From a virus: a DNA stretch of 64,000 nt. The notes under the pieces were generated by a model. That model was not told the DNA's origin and did no database searches. It worked only from the letters and a program-made list of their open reading frames with translations. The DNA lies in IMG/VR virus record IMGVR_UViG_3300044692_000046, positions 31,149 through 95,148 of that record. One strand, written 5' to 3'. The position numbers and the translations under genes are program-made. Of this stretch, positions 17,625-27,403 are shown in pieces; position 1 is the stretch's first letter; each line of letters begins with the position of its first letter.

Positions 17625-19433
17625 CTACTGCTGGTCGGACGGTGCCACCGGGATCGGCGCCTGCTGGCCGATGCCCAGGTTCGCCCAGACGTCGCTGCGG
17701 TTCTTCCACAGCTCCTCGGGGGTCGGCTCCTTGCTGTCCGCCGACTCGGTGGTGCGGTAGCCGCGGCGCGGCGGCAGGCCGAAGTCTCGGCGCAGCTCGT
17801 CGCGCAGGTCGTCCTTGATCCCGCTCATCGCGTCCTTGACCGCCTCACGGGCCGTGGTGGCCACCTCCTGGGCCAGGTTCACCGTCTCGCTGGCGTCCGC
17901 CTTCGTGGTGCTCTCGGCGGTGATCGCCTGCTCCGTGGTGTCGCTGGCGCCGGGGGCCGGCGCGGTCTCGGTGCTGGTGGCGCTGGTGTCGGCGGCGGGG
18001 GCCGCCGGCTTGCCGACCGCGGCGAGCAGCTGCTGGAACTGGTCCGGGGTGAAGGTCACCACGGGCGTGTTCGCGGTGGGCTGCTCGGCCGGCTGGTCGG
18101 TGGTCTCGGAGGTGGCGACCGCCTCGGCGGCCTTGTCGGACTCGCTCACGGCGGTCTCCTCGGGGGTCGTTTCGGTCGTGGTGGTCTCCTCCGCCTGCGC
18201 GGGCGGGGAAGTCTCGGTGGCGGGCTGGGCGGCGGGCATGGTGGCCTCGGCCGTCTTCTGGTCGGCGCGCAGCTTCGCGGCGACCGCCTCGGCGATCTGG
18301 TCCACGGTCGGCGCCGCCGACTCCATGTCGTTGTCGTTGGGCGCCTCGCCCATGTCGCCGTCGGTGTCCGCCCCGGGTGCGCCCGGCACGTCGATGTCGG
18401 CGTCCATGTCCGGGTCCATCGCCTTCAGCGCCTGGCACGCCGCGTCCATCGCCGCCTTCGCGATGACCTCCAGCTCGCCGGACTCGATGCCGTCGTAGGC
18501 GTAGATGGAGATGTGGATCGGGCCGTTGTTCGCGCTGATCGAGAAGCCGGCGCGGCCGTCGTCGTAGCAGCACTCCTGCACCGGCTCGAACGTGGATTCG
18601 GCGGCGAGGGTCCGCGCGGCGGGGTCGGTCATGGTGGCGGTCTCCTTGCTCACCTGGACGCCGAAACCCTTCAGCGCCTTCACGATGCGGGCCTTGATGC
18701 GCTTGAGCTGTGTGGAGGTGTAGAGCTTGGCGTTGTCGGCCTGGTTGATGTAGGACCAGGCGGCCTTCGCCCGGGACTTGGTGTCCAGTGGGTAGCGCTT
18801 CTGCTTGTCCTTCTGGTAGCCCGGGTCGGCGTATGTGACGTTGCCGTAGGGCTTCTTGTTTGCCTCATCGGCAGTCACGTCGACCTCCTCGACGACCAGG
18901 GCGACGGTGGCGTCCACGGCTTCACTGATCAGTACCCGCGACTCCGCAGCCTCGGAAGCGGTCAGGTTCACGCTGTCCAGCCGCGAGGCTGGAACCCCCG
19001 GGAAGTGGGTGAAGTCCAGGGCGTTGATCTCCAGGTCGTCGCCGGTCTCGACCGGCTCCCCGTCGTGGTCGACCTGGCGGGTCGGGCCGAGCCACCAGCC
19101 GTAGATGGAGGTGTTGCGTAGCGGCCCCGACGTCTTCTTGTCACCGAGCAGCGCGGCGATGTCCTTGCCGGCCTGCGACGAGTACAGCTGCGCCTCGTAC
19201 TTCGCCGAGCCGTCACCGACCTGCTTGATCGCGGTGATGTGCCCGACGATGCGGGTCGAGTCGTCTCCGGCGCCGTGGTGGGAACGCATCACCACCGGCT
19301 CAGCGTCAGCATCCGCGAGCCGGGCCCGCATCCGCTCCACGGCCTTGCCGATGATCTCCTTGGTGTACAGGCGCCCGTTGCGGGACACACCCGGGGCGAG
19401 CATCGTGCCGGAGATGGTGCCAAGAACCCCCAT
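17625..19433 (-). CDS. Prohead protease-scaffold fusion with DUF6582-like domain
   Basis: SRNGRLY..SHH..TSIYG..LDFTHFPGV protease; PYGNVTYADPGYQ..RYPLDT..AAWSYIN; acidic low-complexity C-terminus. Confidence 0.85.
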   Translation of the reverse strand: MGVLGTISGTMLAPGVSRNGRLYTKEIIGKAVERMRARLADADAEPVVMRSHHGAGDDSTRIVGHITAIKQVGDGSAKYEAQLYSSQAGKDIAALLGDKKTSGPLRNTSIYGWWLGPTRQVDHDGEPVETGDDLEINALDFTHFPGVPASRLDSVNLTASEAAESRVLISEAVDATVALVVEEVDVTADEANKKPYGNVTYADPGYQKDKQKRYPLDTKSRAKAAWSYINQADNAKLYTSTQLKRIKARIVKALKGFGVQVSKETATMTDPAARTLAAESTFEPVQECCYDDGRAGFSISANNGPIHISIYAYDGIESGELEVIAKAAMDAACQALKAMDPDMDADIDVPGAPGADTDGDMGEAPNDNDMESAAPTVDQIAEAVAAKLRADQKTAEATMPAAQPATETSPPAQAEETTTTETTPEETAVSESDKAAEAVATSETTDQPAEQPTANTPVVTFTPDQFQQLLAAVGKPAAPAADTSATSTETAPAPGASDTTEQAITAESTTKADASETVNLAQEVATTAREAVKDAMSGIKDDLRDELRRDFGLPPRRGYRTTESADSKEPTPEELWKNRSDVWANLGIGQQAPIPVAPSDQQ

Positions 19434-19436
19434 CGG

Positions 19437-19889
19437 TCAGCCCACCTGCCGGGCCACGATCGTCGCGCTGTAGACCGCTGACGCGCCGCCCGCGCCGATG
19501 GCCTTCACCGCGAGGGTGTCCGATGCGGCGGCCGACACAACCAGCACCGTGGGCTGCGGGAACGCGTTCGCGGTCGCCGGCATCAGGATCGGGTTGAGCA
19601 CGTCGACGGCGTTCTGCACCAGCTTCACGTTGTTGGCGTCGCCGGCCGCGACAGTGCCGGACAGGAACACCGAGACCGTGACCTCCCACATGCCGGCGGT
19701 CGGGATCGTCACGTTCCCCGCGACCGTTGCCCCCGCGGCGGGCGCTGTGGCGGTGCCGGACTTCTGCTGGGTGGCGTGCGAGTCGCGGGTCAGCGGCACG
19801 GGTGTGCCCGTGAACACCGGCAGCGAGCCGCCGACTGCGAGGGAGTTGCCGGTGTCGTCGACCAGCGTGACGACCGGGTTGTGAGGCAT
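19437..19889 (-). CDS. Hypothetical beta-rich virion protein
   Basis: GGAGG RBS; Ala/Val/Thr-rich; in head cluster. Confidence 0.65.
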   Translation of the reverse strand: MPHNPVVTLVDDTGNSLAVGGSLPVFTGTPVPLTRDSHATQQKSGTATAPAAGATVAGNVTIPTAGMWEVTVSVFLSGTVAAGDANNVKLVQNAVDVLNPILMPATANAFPQPTVLVVSAAASDTLAVKAIGAGGASAVYSATIVARQVG

Positions 19890-19897
19890 CGGTCCTC

Positions 19898-20821
19898 CTA
19901 GGCTGGGGCGAGGATGCAGCGGCAGCTGGGGTGCAGGGGCGGGCTGGGGGCGTTGAGGGGCGTGTACGGGGAGTTCGCCTCAGCGTCGTCGCAGGCCGGG
20001 CACACACGCGTGTCGCCCGCGGTGAGGAAGTTGACGGCCTGCACACCAGAAGCGAGGTAGCGGGCGGCCATGCCCGCCAGGTAGGCGGCGGAGATCGCGG
20101 TGTCGAGGTCCACGTGCAGGGAGCGTGGGTCGTCGAGGGTGTCGGACAGGTCCCCGTCGAGGCCGTCGTCGCCCGGCTCGTAGCCGTCGGCCGTCAACTC
20201 CCACGCCACCCGGTCGGAGGTGTGGTCGAGGATCCCGAACAGCAGCTGCTGAGCGGCGGCGTTCGCCTGATCGTCGTCGAGCCGGGGCACGTCCCCGCCG
20301 TCGAGACTCGCCGGGTCCACACCGGCCTGCTGGGCGACCAGTGCGAGCCCGGCGTCCCAGCCGTGCTGCTGCGCCGACCGCAGACCGGCCGCGACCACGG
20401 CCACCAGCGAGGCCCAGCCGGAGCGGCGGGCCAGCAGCATCAGTGCCGCGAGGATCGCCGCCGTGGCCTGCTGCTGGCGGCGCTGCCGGTCGTCGTCCGC
20501 CTCACCCAACCCGAGCAGCGTGCGCAGATGCTCGGCCAGAGCCGTGGTGTCGAGGTCGGCGAGCAGGTCCCGCCACGCCGTGCTGACGTCCGCGTCGACC
20601 TGCCGGTGGAGGGTTTCCCGTTTGGCGTAGATGTCCGCCCAGGTGCCTTCCAGCTCGCCCAGCTTGAGGGTGACCTCCAGGACATCCGGCTGGTCGGCGT
20701 GCTCGACTGCGAACTCGACCGCGGCGAGACAGCCGGCCTTGACCCGTTCGGTCATCGGACCGCCCGACGACGCCCAGCCCTGGGCGAACGCGGTGCGGGC
20801 GTACGGGACGATCGGGTGCAC
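19898..20821 (-). CDS. Minor head / MuF-like protein
   Basis: TAGDTRVCPAC...PPLHPSCRC motif. Confidence 0.85.
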   Translation of the reverse strand: MHPIVPYARTAFAQGWASSGGPMTERVKAGCLAAVEFAVEHADQPDVLEVTLKLGELEGTWADIYAKRETLHRQVDADVSTAWRDLLADLDTTALAEHLRTLLGLGEADDDRQRRQQQATAAILAALMLLARRSGWASLVAVVAAGLRSAQQHGWDAGLALVAQQAGVDPASLDGGDVPRLDDDQANAAAQQLLFGILDHTSDRVAWELTADGYEPGDDGLDGDLSDTLDDPRSLHVDLDTAISAAYLAGMAARYLASGVQAVNFLTAGDTRVCPACDDAEANSPYTPLNAPSPPLHPSCRCILAPA

Positions 20822-20912
20822 CGCCCACCCCCGAAGCGTCAGCCGATTTGCTTGGAGATGAGCGGCAGCACATCCTGCGCGCGGGTTGGATGGCCGGGGT
20901 TCGTAGCACCGT

Positions 20913-22526
20913 TCATGACGCCTCCTTCGCCGGGTCAGGAAGCTCCCTCAGCGCCTGCCGGCGCCTCGCCCGGTACGTGTGCTGCCACGACTCGGACAGG
21001 CGGCGAGCGTCGCGCTGGTAGGCGTCCTCGCGGGGTGCTTTGCCCTGCGCGGCGTCGTCCGGACCGCCCGGCCGGTTATCGGGGGACTCGTCGTCCGAGG
21101 GCGGGTTGTCCTGCCCGGCGAATGGCTTCAGCACGTCCGGCACCGGGGCCGGCTCGGGCTTCTCCACGCTGATCGGCTCGCCCTGTTTCGGCTCGCTCGG
21201 CTCCAGCGCTGAGCCTTTCAGCTTGGCCGCCACGCCTGCCTTCGACATGGCCTCCATGTCCGACCACAGCACCAGGTTCTGCCGGTCCACCAGCACCGCC
21301 GCGTCACCGCCGTCGACTGGCGGTTCGCCGATCTCGTCGCGGTAGCGGTTCAGGACGTACGAGCCGTTGCGGAGCCGCATGTCGCGGATCTCCTCGACCA
21401 CCTTCGAGTCCCGGTAGTCGATCTCGTTGAACTCCAGGTGCCAGTCGGTGATCCCGAAGCCGACCTGCAGCAGGATGTAGTTCAGCTTCTCCAGCACGAG
21501 CGACTGCACCGGCAGGACCGTGTTCACCCGGAACGTCTTGTCCTGGCCTTCTGCCGTACCGCCGCCGAGGTTGCCGGACTCGATGATGCCCAGCTTCGCA
21601 GGCGGCACCCCGAAACAGGCGATGATCTCGTCCCGCAGCTGCTTCGACGCGGCCAGGTAGTCGGTGACCTTCCGCGGGTCCAGCACCGACACGGCGCCGT
21701 TCTTGGTGGTGATGACCGGCGTACCCACGGCCTTCGGGCCGAGGTTGAACACCCGGTACTTCTCCCGCCACTGCTGCACCTCGGGATCCTGGTAGGAGCC
21801 CAGGTCCACGTGCAGGCGCGGCGGGTCACCCTGCCGGAAGTTCTCCTTGATCGTCGCCTCGGTGAACAGCCACGCCGTCACCGGCAACAGCGCCTTCTGC
21901 GCTGGCGACACCCCGTACACGCCGCCCCGGGGGGCGTCGAGTGAGATGTGGATGACCTGCTCGGGCTTGAACTCGGCCTTACGCACCCCGTCCACGGCTT
22001 GCACGTAGCCGGACACCTCGCCGTGCTGGTCGGTGACCGCCGTCATCGTCGTCGCGTCCAGGGTGTACAGCGCGACCGGCTCACCCAGCAGCCACACCAC
22101 CTCGATGAACGCGTCCCCGAACAGCTTCAGGTCCGTGACCGTGTTGCGCAGCAGCTGGACCATGTCCTCACGCGGGTTGACGAACTTCATCAGCCGCGTC
22201 AGCCGCTGCACCACCGGAGGCTGCGGCGGCACCTTCCCTTCGGGAACGTCGTTGTCGTACACCACCTGCACGCCGCCGGCCGTCACCGTCCGGGCGATCA
22301 GATCGATCGGCGCCGACACCCACGGGCACGTCAGATACGCCTGGTGCAGCTGGGTGAGGATCTGCAGCCGCTCCTGCGACTCCGCGACCTGCGCTGTCGG
22401 GGAGGAAGCGCTGAGACTGACTCCGTACTCGAACCCGACCCGCTTCACCTGCGCCGCGCTCGGCTGCTCCGCCGGGGCGGCGAGCTTCTCCGACAGCCAG
22501 CGTCGCGCCCGCTCTACAGCGCCCAC
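20913..22526 (-). CDS. Portal protein (HK97 family)
   Basis: LFGDAF, YGVSP, IIACFGVPPAKLG; follows terL. Confidence 0.95.
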   Translation of the reverse strand: MGAVERARRWLSEKLAAPAEQPSAAQVKRVGFEYGVSLSASSPTAQVAESQERLQILTQLHQAYLTCPWVSAPIDLIARTVTAGGVQVVYDNDVPEGKVPPQPPVVQRLTRLMKFVNPREDMVQLLRNTVTDLKLFGDAFIEVVWLLGEPVALYTLDATTMTAVTDQHGEVSGYVQAVDGVRKAEFKPEQVIHISLDAPRGGVYGVSPAQKALLPVTAWLFTEATIKENFRQGDPPRLHVDLGSYQDPEVQQWREKYRVFNLGPKAVGTPVITTKNGAVSVLDPRKVTDYLAASKQLRDEIIACFGVPPAKLGIIESGNLGGGTAEGQDKTFRVNTVLPVQSLVLEKLNYILLQVGFGITDWHLEFNEIDYRDSKVVEEIRDMRLRNGSYVLNRYRDEIGEPPVDGGDAAVLVDRQNLVLWSDMEAMSKAGVAAKLKGSALEPSEPKQGEPISVEKPEPAPVPDVLKPFAGQDNPPSDDESPDNRPGGPDDAAQGKAPREDAYQRDARRLSESWQHTYRARRRQALRELPDPAKEAS

Positions 22527-24091
22527 GGGTCACCCCCGTTCAGCACTGGGAAGCCGCCGATGGAGGGCACAGGCGCATGAATCGCGTGCGGGTTGGTGGC
22601 CTGCGGATCGAGGGTGGTAGTCGACACCTCCCCGTCCTCCGGGAAGTGGAACCGCGACTCGGTGCCCAGGTTCGTCAGCAGGTAGCGCAGCGCGTCTGGG
22701 GCGTGGTCCTCGGAGTTCGTGTCCGCGTCCTCCGGGTTACCGGTTGTCGCGTGCGGTAGCGCCGCCAGCGTCCGGATCAGATTCGAGCAGGTGCGGAACA
22801 CGTGCAGCTTCGGGCACTTCTCCCAGCCCTGCGCCCGGTGATGCGGACACGCCGGCGCCTCAGCCAGGTAGGAGTGGATGCGCTGCCAGCCGATCACCCG
22901 CGACCCCGGGCCCTTACCGGCGGCAGTCAGCGGCACACCCTCGTCGGCGTAGACCTCCGCGATGGGTTTCGCGTCGCCTCTAGTTGCCCACATGGCGTCG
23001 TCGGCGAACCGGCCCGCGATGCTCTCCCCGTCAGCCTCGGCCGCGAGGATTCGCTTCGCCTGCTCCGACTCGCCCACCTGCACGTCGTACAGCTCGCGGT
23101 ACACCCAGACGCGGCCGTCCTCGTCGACAGCACCCCACAGCACCGCCCACGGCTTCGAGAAACCCCAGTCCAGGCCGTTGTAGCGGCGCCACGAGCCGGC
23201 CAGCGGGATCGGGTTGAGGGTGTGCCGGTCGTAGCGCCACTCCCCGAACACCTGACCCGCGAACTGGTCCCAGTCGCCGTCACGCATCGCCGCCCGGCGC
23301 TGCGGATCCGGGATCGAGTCCAGCCGCTTGAAGTACCCGTCGTCCAGGTGCGGATTGTCGGTGGCCTTCGCCTGGATGAACCGCACCGACAGGCCGTTGT
23401 CGTCGGTAACGACCTGCTTGCCGTGGTCGGTGGCGTCGATGTAGCGCAGCTTCACCTGCCCGTGCGACGGGCCGCCCGGGTTGCAGGTGGAGCGCACCCC
23501 GATCACCGGCACCGTGCCGTCGGAGCGGATCCGCTCGAACCGCAGAATGTCGATCACGCCCGGCGGCATCAGCGTCGCCTCATCCACCAGCAGCAGCTGA
23601 TACTGGCCGCCCTGCCGGCGAGACGCGTCCGTCACCGACTCCAGGTACCGGAACCGGATCAGCGACCCGTTCGGGAACCGCAGCTCCCGCTCCGTGCCGT
23701 TCCAGCGCGCACCCAACGCCTCCGCGTAGCCGAACTTCCCCAACGTCGGGAAGATCGACTCGTTGAGTTCGTCGTAGGTCCGGCGCACCAGCAGCACCCG
23801 CATCTGCGGGAAGCGGGCCGCCGCCCTGATGCCCTCGGCTACGATCGCGACGCTTTTACCGCCGCCGGCCGCGCCGCCGTACAGCACGTCGAACTCGGTC
23901 GCGGCATGAAACTCGGCCTGCCGCTCCGACGGGGCGTAGCCGATCTCGGCGAACACATCGACTGCGGCGAGGCGGTCCTGGTCCCGCCGCTGCTTCTCCA
24001 ACTGCAACCTACGAAGCCGCTCCAGGCGTTCCAGCTTCAGAGCGGCCAAGCTCTGCGGAGAGTCGGCTGATCTCGGCGTCGATCGCGTCAA
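22514..24091 (-). CDS. terL: Terminase large subunit
   Basis: YGGAAGGGKS Walker A, LLVDEA Walker B, TCNPGG, GLDWG, DHAPDALRY; exact start uncertain. Confidence 0.95.
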   Translation of the reverse strand: MTRSTPRSADSPQSLAALKLERLERLRRLQLEKQRRDQDRLAAVDVFAEIGYAPSERQAEFHAATEFDVLYGGAAGGGKSVAIVAEGIRAAARFPQMRVLLVRRTYDELNESIFPTLGKFGYAEALGARWNGTERELRFPNGSLIRFRYLESVTDASRRQGGQYQLLLVDEATLMPPGVIDILRFERIRSDGTVPVIGVRSTCNPGGPSHGQVKLRYIDATDHGKQVVTDDNGLSVRFIQAKATDNPHLDDGYFKRLDSIPDPQRRAAMRDGDWDQFAGQVFGEWRYDRHTLNPIPLAGSWRRYNGLDWGFSKPWAVLWGAVDEDGRVWVYRELYDVQVGESEQAKRILAAEADGESIAGRFADDAMWATRGDAKPIAEVYADEGVPLTAAGKGPGSRVIGWQRIHSYLAEAPACPHHRAQGWEKCPKLHVFRTCSNLIRTLAALPHATTGNPEDADTNSEDHAPDALRYLLTNLGTESRFHFPEDGEVSTTTLDPQATNPHAIHAPVPSIGGFPVLNGGDPWAL

Positions 24092-24542
24092 GGCTCAACA
24101 CCTCAACCTTCGACGGCGCGTCCAGCCCCAGCAGCTTCGCCCGCCGCTCCTGGATCTTCAGCAGCCGGTCGATGGCGTTGAGGACCGGCGCGTCGTCCTC
24201 CAGCGGCACCCCGTCGTCGCTCTTAACGACCCGGCCCTGCGACACGTGAATGTGGGTGCGTTCCAGCACCTTCAGCGCCTCGCGGGTCAGCCGGTCCAAC
24301 TGGGCGAGCTGGATCTGCCGGACCTCCTCGGCCGGCTCCCGGACCGTGTCCGCCAGGGCCCGCTGCACGGCCTTGCGAGCCGCCGACCGGTTGGCGAAGT
24401 TGAGTTGGTCTGCGATGTGCTGGTAGCTTGCCCCGCAGGCCCGAAGCTGTGCTGCCTCAGCATCCCGCCGCGCCGTATCGGCTGTTCGGGTGTACCGGCC
24501 GTTGTGTCCTCGGCCTGGGGTGTCCTTGGTTGTGGTGGCCAT
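24009..24542 (-). CDS. terS: Terminase small subunit
   Basis: N-terminal HTH (GASYQHIADQL), ERRAKLLGLDAP; directly upstream of terL. Confidence 0.85.
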   Translation of the reverse strand: MATTTKDTPGRGHNGRYTRTADTARRDAEAAQLRACGASYQHIADQLNFANRSAARKAVQRALADTVREPAEEVRQIQLAQLDRLTREALKVLERTHIHVSQGRVVKSDDGVPLEDDAPVLNAIDRLLKIQERRAKLLGLDAPSKVEVLSLDAIDAEISRLSAELGRSEAGTPGAAS

Positions 24543-24716
24543 CCGACACCACCGATTCTCACTCTGCGTCGATCTTTTCGGGATCGGGGTGGTCTCAGCC
24601 CGGGAATCCGGAGCACTCGGCGCTACGGTCGGTGATCTGCGGCGCCGTTCGGATGTCCGCTGCCTCAGCCGTTCGCCCCATGTCGTACCGAACCGGGCAG
24701 GTCGTACGGTGCGGCC

Positions 24717-25109
24717 ATGCTTCCTCGCCGTGCCGCGCTAGCGGCTGCCTCAGCCCTGCTCATCCTGCCCGCAGCGTGTAGCTCCGTATCCCAGGGCTAC
24801 AAGCAGGGCTCGTCCACCAAGAAGTCCACTGGCGGGACGGTGCTCACGTTGCAGGCGTCCGCCGACAAGGGCGTCACCTTCGACGTGAACTGGTTCCCCG
24901 GGAGCGGGAAGGCGCAGGTCAAGAACTCGCTGACCGGCTCGTGGTCAACCAGCGTCACCACCGACAAGCCGGCGGCCGTCAACATGGGGGTGCAGGCCGA
25001 GTCCGGCAGCGGGAACGTCACCTGCAAGATCCTGAAAGGGTCGAAGGTGATGGTCGAGCAGACGAAGCCCGGTTCCGATGGGGCGAACTGCGCCTACCCG
25101 GCCAGCTAG
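24717..25109 (+). CDS. Lipoprotein, MmpS-like Ig domain (moron)
   Basis: Signal peptide with lipobox-like PAAC; VTCKI...ANC cysteine pair; opposite strand; TACGGT -10 box 6 nt upstream. Confidence 0.75.
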   Translation: MLPRRAALAAASALLILPAACSSVSQGYKQGSSTKKSTGGTVLTLQASADKGVTFDVNWFPGSGKAQVKNSLTGSWSTSVTTDKPAAVNMGVQAESGSGNVTCKILKGSKVMVEQTKPGSDGANCAYPAS

Positions 25110-25168
25110 CCGCAGGTCAGCCGCCCGGCTGATAGATGGGCGTTGATCTGTCGGAGCACACTGGGAGC

Positions 25169-25300
25169 GTGAATCCGTGGATGCAGCTCGCCCTCGTGGT
25201 GGTCGCGTTCGTCGTCATCGGGGGCATGTGCTTCGGGGCGGGGATGGCTACTGCCGAGGCGCTCGCTCAGCGTGCCGGCCGTCGGCAGTCTCGCCCGTAA
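25169..25300 (+). CDS. Small single-TM protein (43 aa; not in ORF track)
   Basis: MNPWMQLALVVVAFVVIGGMCFGAGMATAEALAQRAGRRQSRP; CACACT 6 nt before GTG. Confidence 0.5.
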   Translation: MNPWMQLALVVVAFVVIGGMCFGAGMATAEALAQRAGRRQSRP

Positions 25301-25484
25301 CCTCCACGTGCAGTGCCTCGACCTTGCCGTGCAGGTCGTCGACGTGCCCGTACAGCCGCTCCAGCTTCTTGCCGATGCGCCAGTGGTGCACCAGGATGCC
25401 GGCGCCGAACGCCAGCGCCGAGGCTTCGAGGTTGGGGTAGACGGCCAGCCAGTTCGTCCACGCCCAGTGCAGGAGGCCGTTCAT
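25248..25484 (-). CDS. Small membrane protein with coiled-coil tail
   Basis: Hydrophobic N-terminal half; ATGA coupling. Confidence 0.6.
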   Translation of the reverse strand: MNGLLHWAWTNWLAVYPNLEASALAFGAGILVHHWRIGKKLERLYGHVDDLHGKVEALHVEVTGETADGRHAERAPRQ

Positions 25485-25588
25485 TGCTGGCCCTTCCTCG
25501 CGCCAGCCGCAGCGCCGATCAGTGTCTTCATCGCCTCAGCGCCGCGCTGTGCGGCCTCCGCGATCAGGTGCCAGTCGTTCTCGGTCAC
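25481..25588 (-). CDS. Small hypothetical protein (35 aa)
   Basis: GTGA/ATGA coupling at both ends. Confidence 0.5.
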   Translation of the reverse strand: MTENDWHLIAEAAQRGAEAMKTLIGAAAGARKGQQ

Positions 25589-25824
25589 GCCGGCGCCCCC
25601 TGTCCGTTGTCGCCCGGCATGACGTGTCGGGCGAACTCTGCCGCGTCGATGTGGAGTTCGACCGGCAGGTCCGGGACCATCCGCAGTTCGGTGCCGCCGT
25701 CGGTGACGCGGGTGTAGCGCCTCGTCGGGATGCCGTAGTGCTGCATCCACATCCAGGCGGGCATCGAGGTTGAGGAGGCCAGCCGCAGCAGGATCTGCCA
25801 CAGGAGCGCGCGCGGGTGCTGCAT
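25585..25824 (-). CDS. Hypothetical protein
   Basis: GGAGG RBS; coupled. Confidence 0.6.
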   Translation of the reverse strand: MQHPRALLWQILLRLASSTSMPAWMWMQHYGIPTRRYTRVTDGGTELRMVPDLPVELHIDAAEFARHVMPGDNGQGAPA

Positions 25825-25833
25825 GGCAGCCTC

Positions 25834-26025
25834 CTAGCTCAGGGCGCTGAGGATGCCGTCGTACGGCTCGGTCAGCTCCGGGCAGATGTGCTCAGTGACC
25901 GAGCCTGTGTCTACCTGCACGAACACCCGGCCGGACCGGTCCGAGGTGGGCGTTGCGGTCACGGTGAGCGGCTCACCGCAGACCGGGCAGGTCGTGTTGT
26001 ATTCGAAGGTGCCTGCGCTCGCCAT
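25834..26025 (-). CDS. Small Zn-ribbon protein
   Basis: CPVC...HIC; GGAGG RBS. Confidence 0.6.
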   Translation of the reverse strand: MASAGTFEYNTTCPVCGEPLTVTATPTSDRSGRVFVQVDTGSVTEHICPELTEPYDGILSALS

Positions 26026-26035
26026 GAGGGCCTCC

Positions 26036-26392
26036 TCAGTCCCAGGGCAGCTTGCCGGTGCGCTCCTTGTGCGCCCCGATCGCCGCGAGCAGGTCCGTGA
26101 TGAGTTCCTGCCGCTCGGCGCGCTTCGCCTCGGCCGCGGCCTGCTGCTCGGCCTCGGCCTGGAGCCGGGCCGTCTCGACCTGCTGGCGGATCTCCTCGTC
26201 CAACTCCGGGGTGCACCCGGTCCACTGCGTCAGCGTCCCGTCCGCGTTCCGGCCGACGTGCGGCACCCGGTTGCCTTCCTCGTCCGGGTGCTCAGGTCGG
26301 ATGCACACGGCGCCGCCGGAGTGGTGCTCGCAGGAGTGCCCGCACACCTCCGCCTGCCCGGCCTCGGCCAGCGCCACCTCATCAGCGATCAC
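26036..26392 (-). CDS. Hypothetical protein (Cys/His cluster + coiled coil)
   Basis: Coding-like codon bias only from about 26392; start uncertain. Confidence 0.55.
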   Translation of the reverse strand: MIADEVALAEAGQAEVCGHSCEHHSGGAVCIRPEHPDEEGNRVPHVGRNADGTLTQWTGCTPELDEEIRQQVETARLQAEAEQQAAAEAKRAERQELITDLLAAIGAHKERTGKLPWD

Positions 26393-26415
26393 GTCGTGAA
26401 AGGTTCGCTGCCGCC

Positions 26416-26592
26416 TCAGTCCGACCGGGGCTTGTACCGGATCGGGGTGTTGATGCTCCGCGGCATCGGCCCGTGTCGCTGGCGGGCGAGCTGTCGGCGC
26501 TGCTGCCGGTTCAGGTCCCGGTACCGGATGTCCCACTCCTGGCGCGGGGACTCCTGGTTCAGGTCCGTTCGGGTGCACTTGCGCTCCTCCAC
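26416..26592 (-). CDS. Basic 58-aa protein (not in ORF track)
   Basis: MEERKCTRTDLNQESPRQEWDIRYRDLNRQQRRQLARQRHGPMPRSINTPIRYKPRSD; much higher GC3 than the overlapping listed frame. Confidence 0.55.
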   Translation of the reverse strand: MEERKCTRTDLNQESPRQEWDIRYRDLNRQQRRQLARQRHGPMPRSINTPIRYKPRSD

Positions 26593-26595
26593 AAC

Positions 26596-27363
26596 TCAGT
26601 CCAGCGCGTCCAGGTCGGCCAGCAGTTGCCGGAGGTCGAGGCCCTGGGGGTCGTGGCCGGTCTTGTCGAGGAAGTCCGAGGTCACTACCGCGTAGCACTC
26701 TTCGAAGTAGGTGTCGAGGAACCGGCCAGTCATGGCTTGGAGAGCGCCCCACGTCACCGTGTAGTAGTTCGCCGGGTCGTAGCCGAGGATCGGCACCGCG
26801 TGCGCGCCGATGATCGGGGAACCGTCCACCACGTGCCAGTGGTCGCCGACCGCGAACTGATCCTCAGCGGACTGCGGTACGTTGAAGCCCGCGTACACGC
26901 CGCCGAACGTGGCGATGGCCTGCTTGAGTTGCCGGTGGTTGTGCGGGTCGATCCGCAGGAACGCCACGATCTTGTGTCCGGCGATGCCGTGCCGTCGCCA
27001 GTACTTGAGTACGTCGAGCTCGTTCGCGCCGCGGTCGGTCGGGTTGGTGCCGTCCGGGCGGGTCTGCGACGGGTCGTAGCCGGTGATCGCCTCGTAGGTA
27101 CGCTGCACGTCCTCGTCGGTGACCGAGACCTCGCGGCCGAGAGCGTACTGCGTCCACGCCTCGATCATGTGGGCCAGCGCCGCGATCGTGCAGTCCCCGA
27201 TCCGATCGTTCAGAAAAACGGGCCATTCGGTCACATCGCCGTACCAGTTCGCCCGCAGCGGCGGAGCGACCAGCCGCGCCTTCTGATAGGTGGCGTAGTT
27301 CAGGGTCCGCTCGTCATGCCGGACGGGGAGCCGGCCGTAGCAGTGCTGGACGTGACGGGACAC
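26596..27363 (-). CDS. Papain-like (C1-type) cysteine peptidase
   Basis: NDRIGDCTIAA (catalytic Cys), GAHAVPILGYD (catalytic His), VTWG. Confidence 0.75.
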   Translation of the reverse strand: MSRHVQHCYGRLPVRHDERTLNYATYQKARLVAPPLRANWYGDVTEWPVFLNDRIGDCTIAALAHMIEAWTQYALGREVSVTDEDVQRTYEAITGYDPSQTRPDGTNPTDRGANELDVLKYWRRHGIAGHKIVAFLRIDPHNHRQLKQAIATFGGVYAGFNVPQSAEDQFAVGDHWHVVDGSPIIGAHAVPILGYDPANYYTVTWGALQAMTGRFLDTYFEECYAVVTSDFLDKTGHDPQGLDLRQLLADLDALD

Positions 27364-27403
27364 GGAGGCTCCTCGATGGCGTTGTCAGGGATGTTTGTGC
27401 AGG

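Noticed and set aside
917-24070. Long plus-strand ORFs (e.g. 917..3304, 5093..8185, 12417..14060, 17508..19121, 22802..24070)
   Set aside because: Antisense shadows of high-GC3 structural genes; no motifs, Arg/Gly/Val-rich nonsense composition.
26393-26752. Pro-rich N-terminal extension of ORF 26036..26752
   Set aside because: Poor codon bias in that frame; another frame (26416..26592) has strong GC3 bias. A GGAGGAG before GTG 26578 leaves some doubt.
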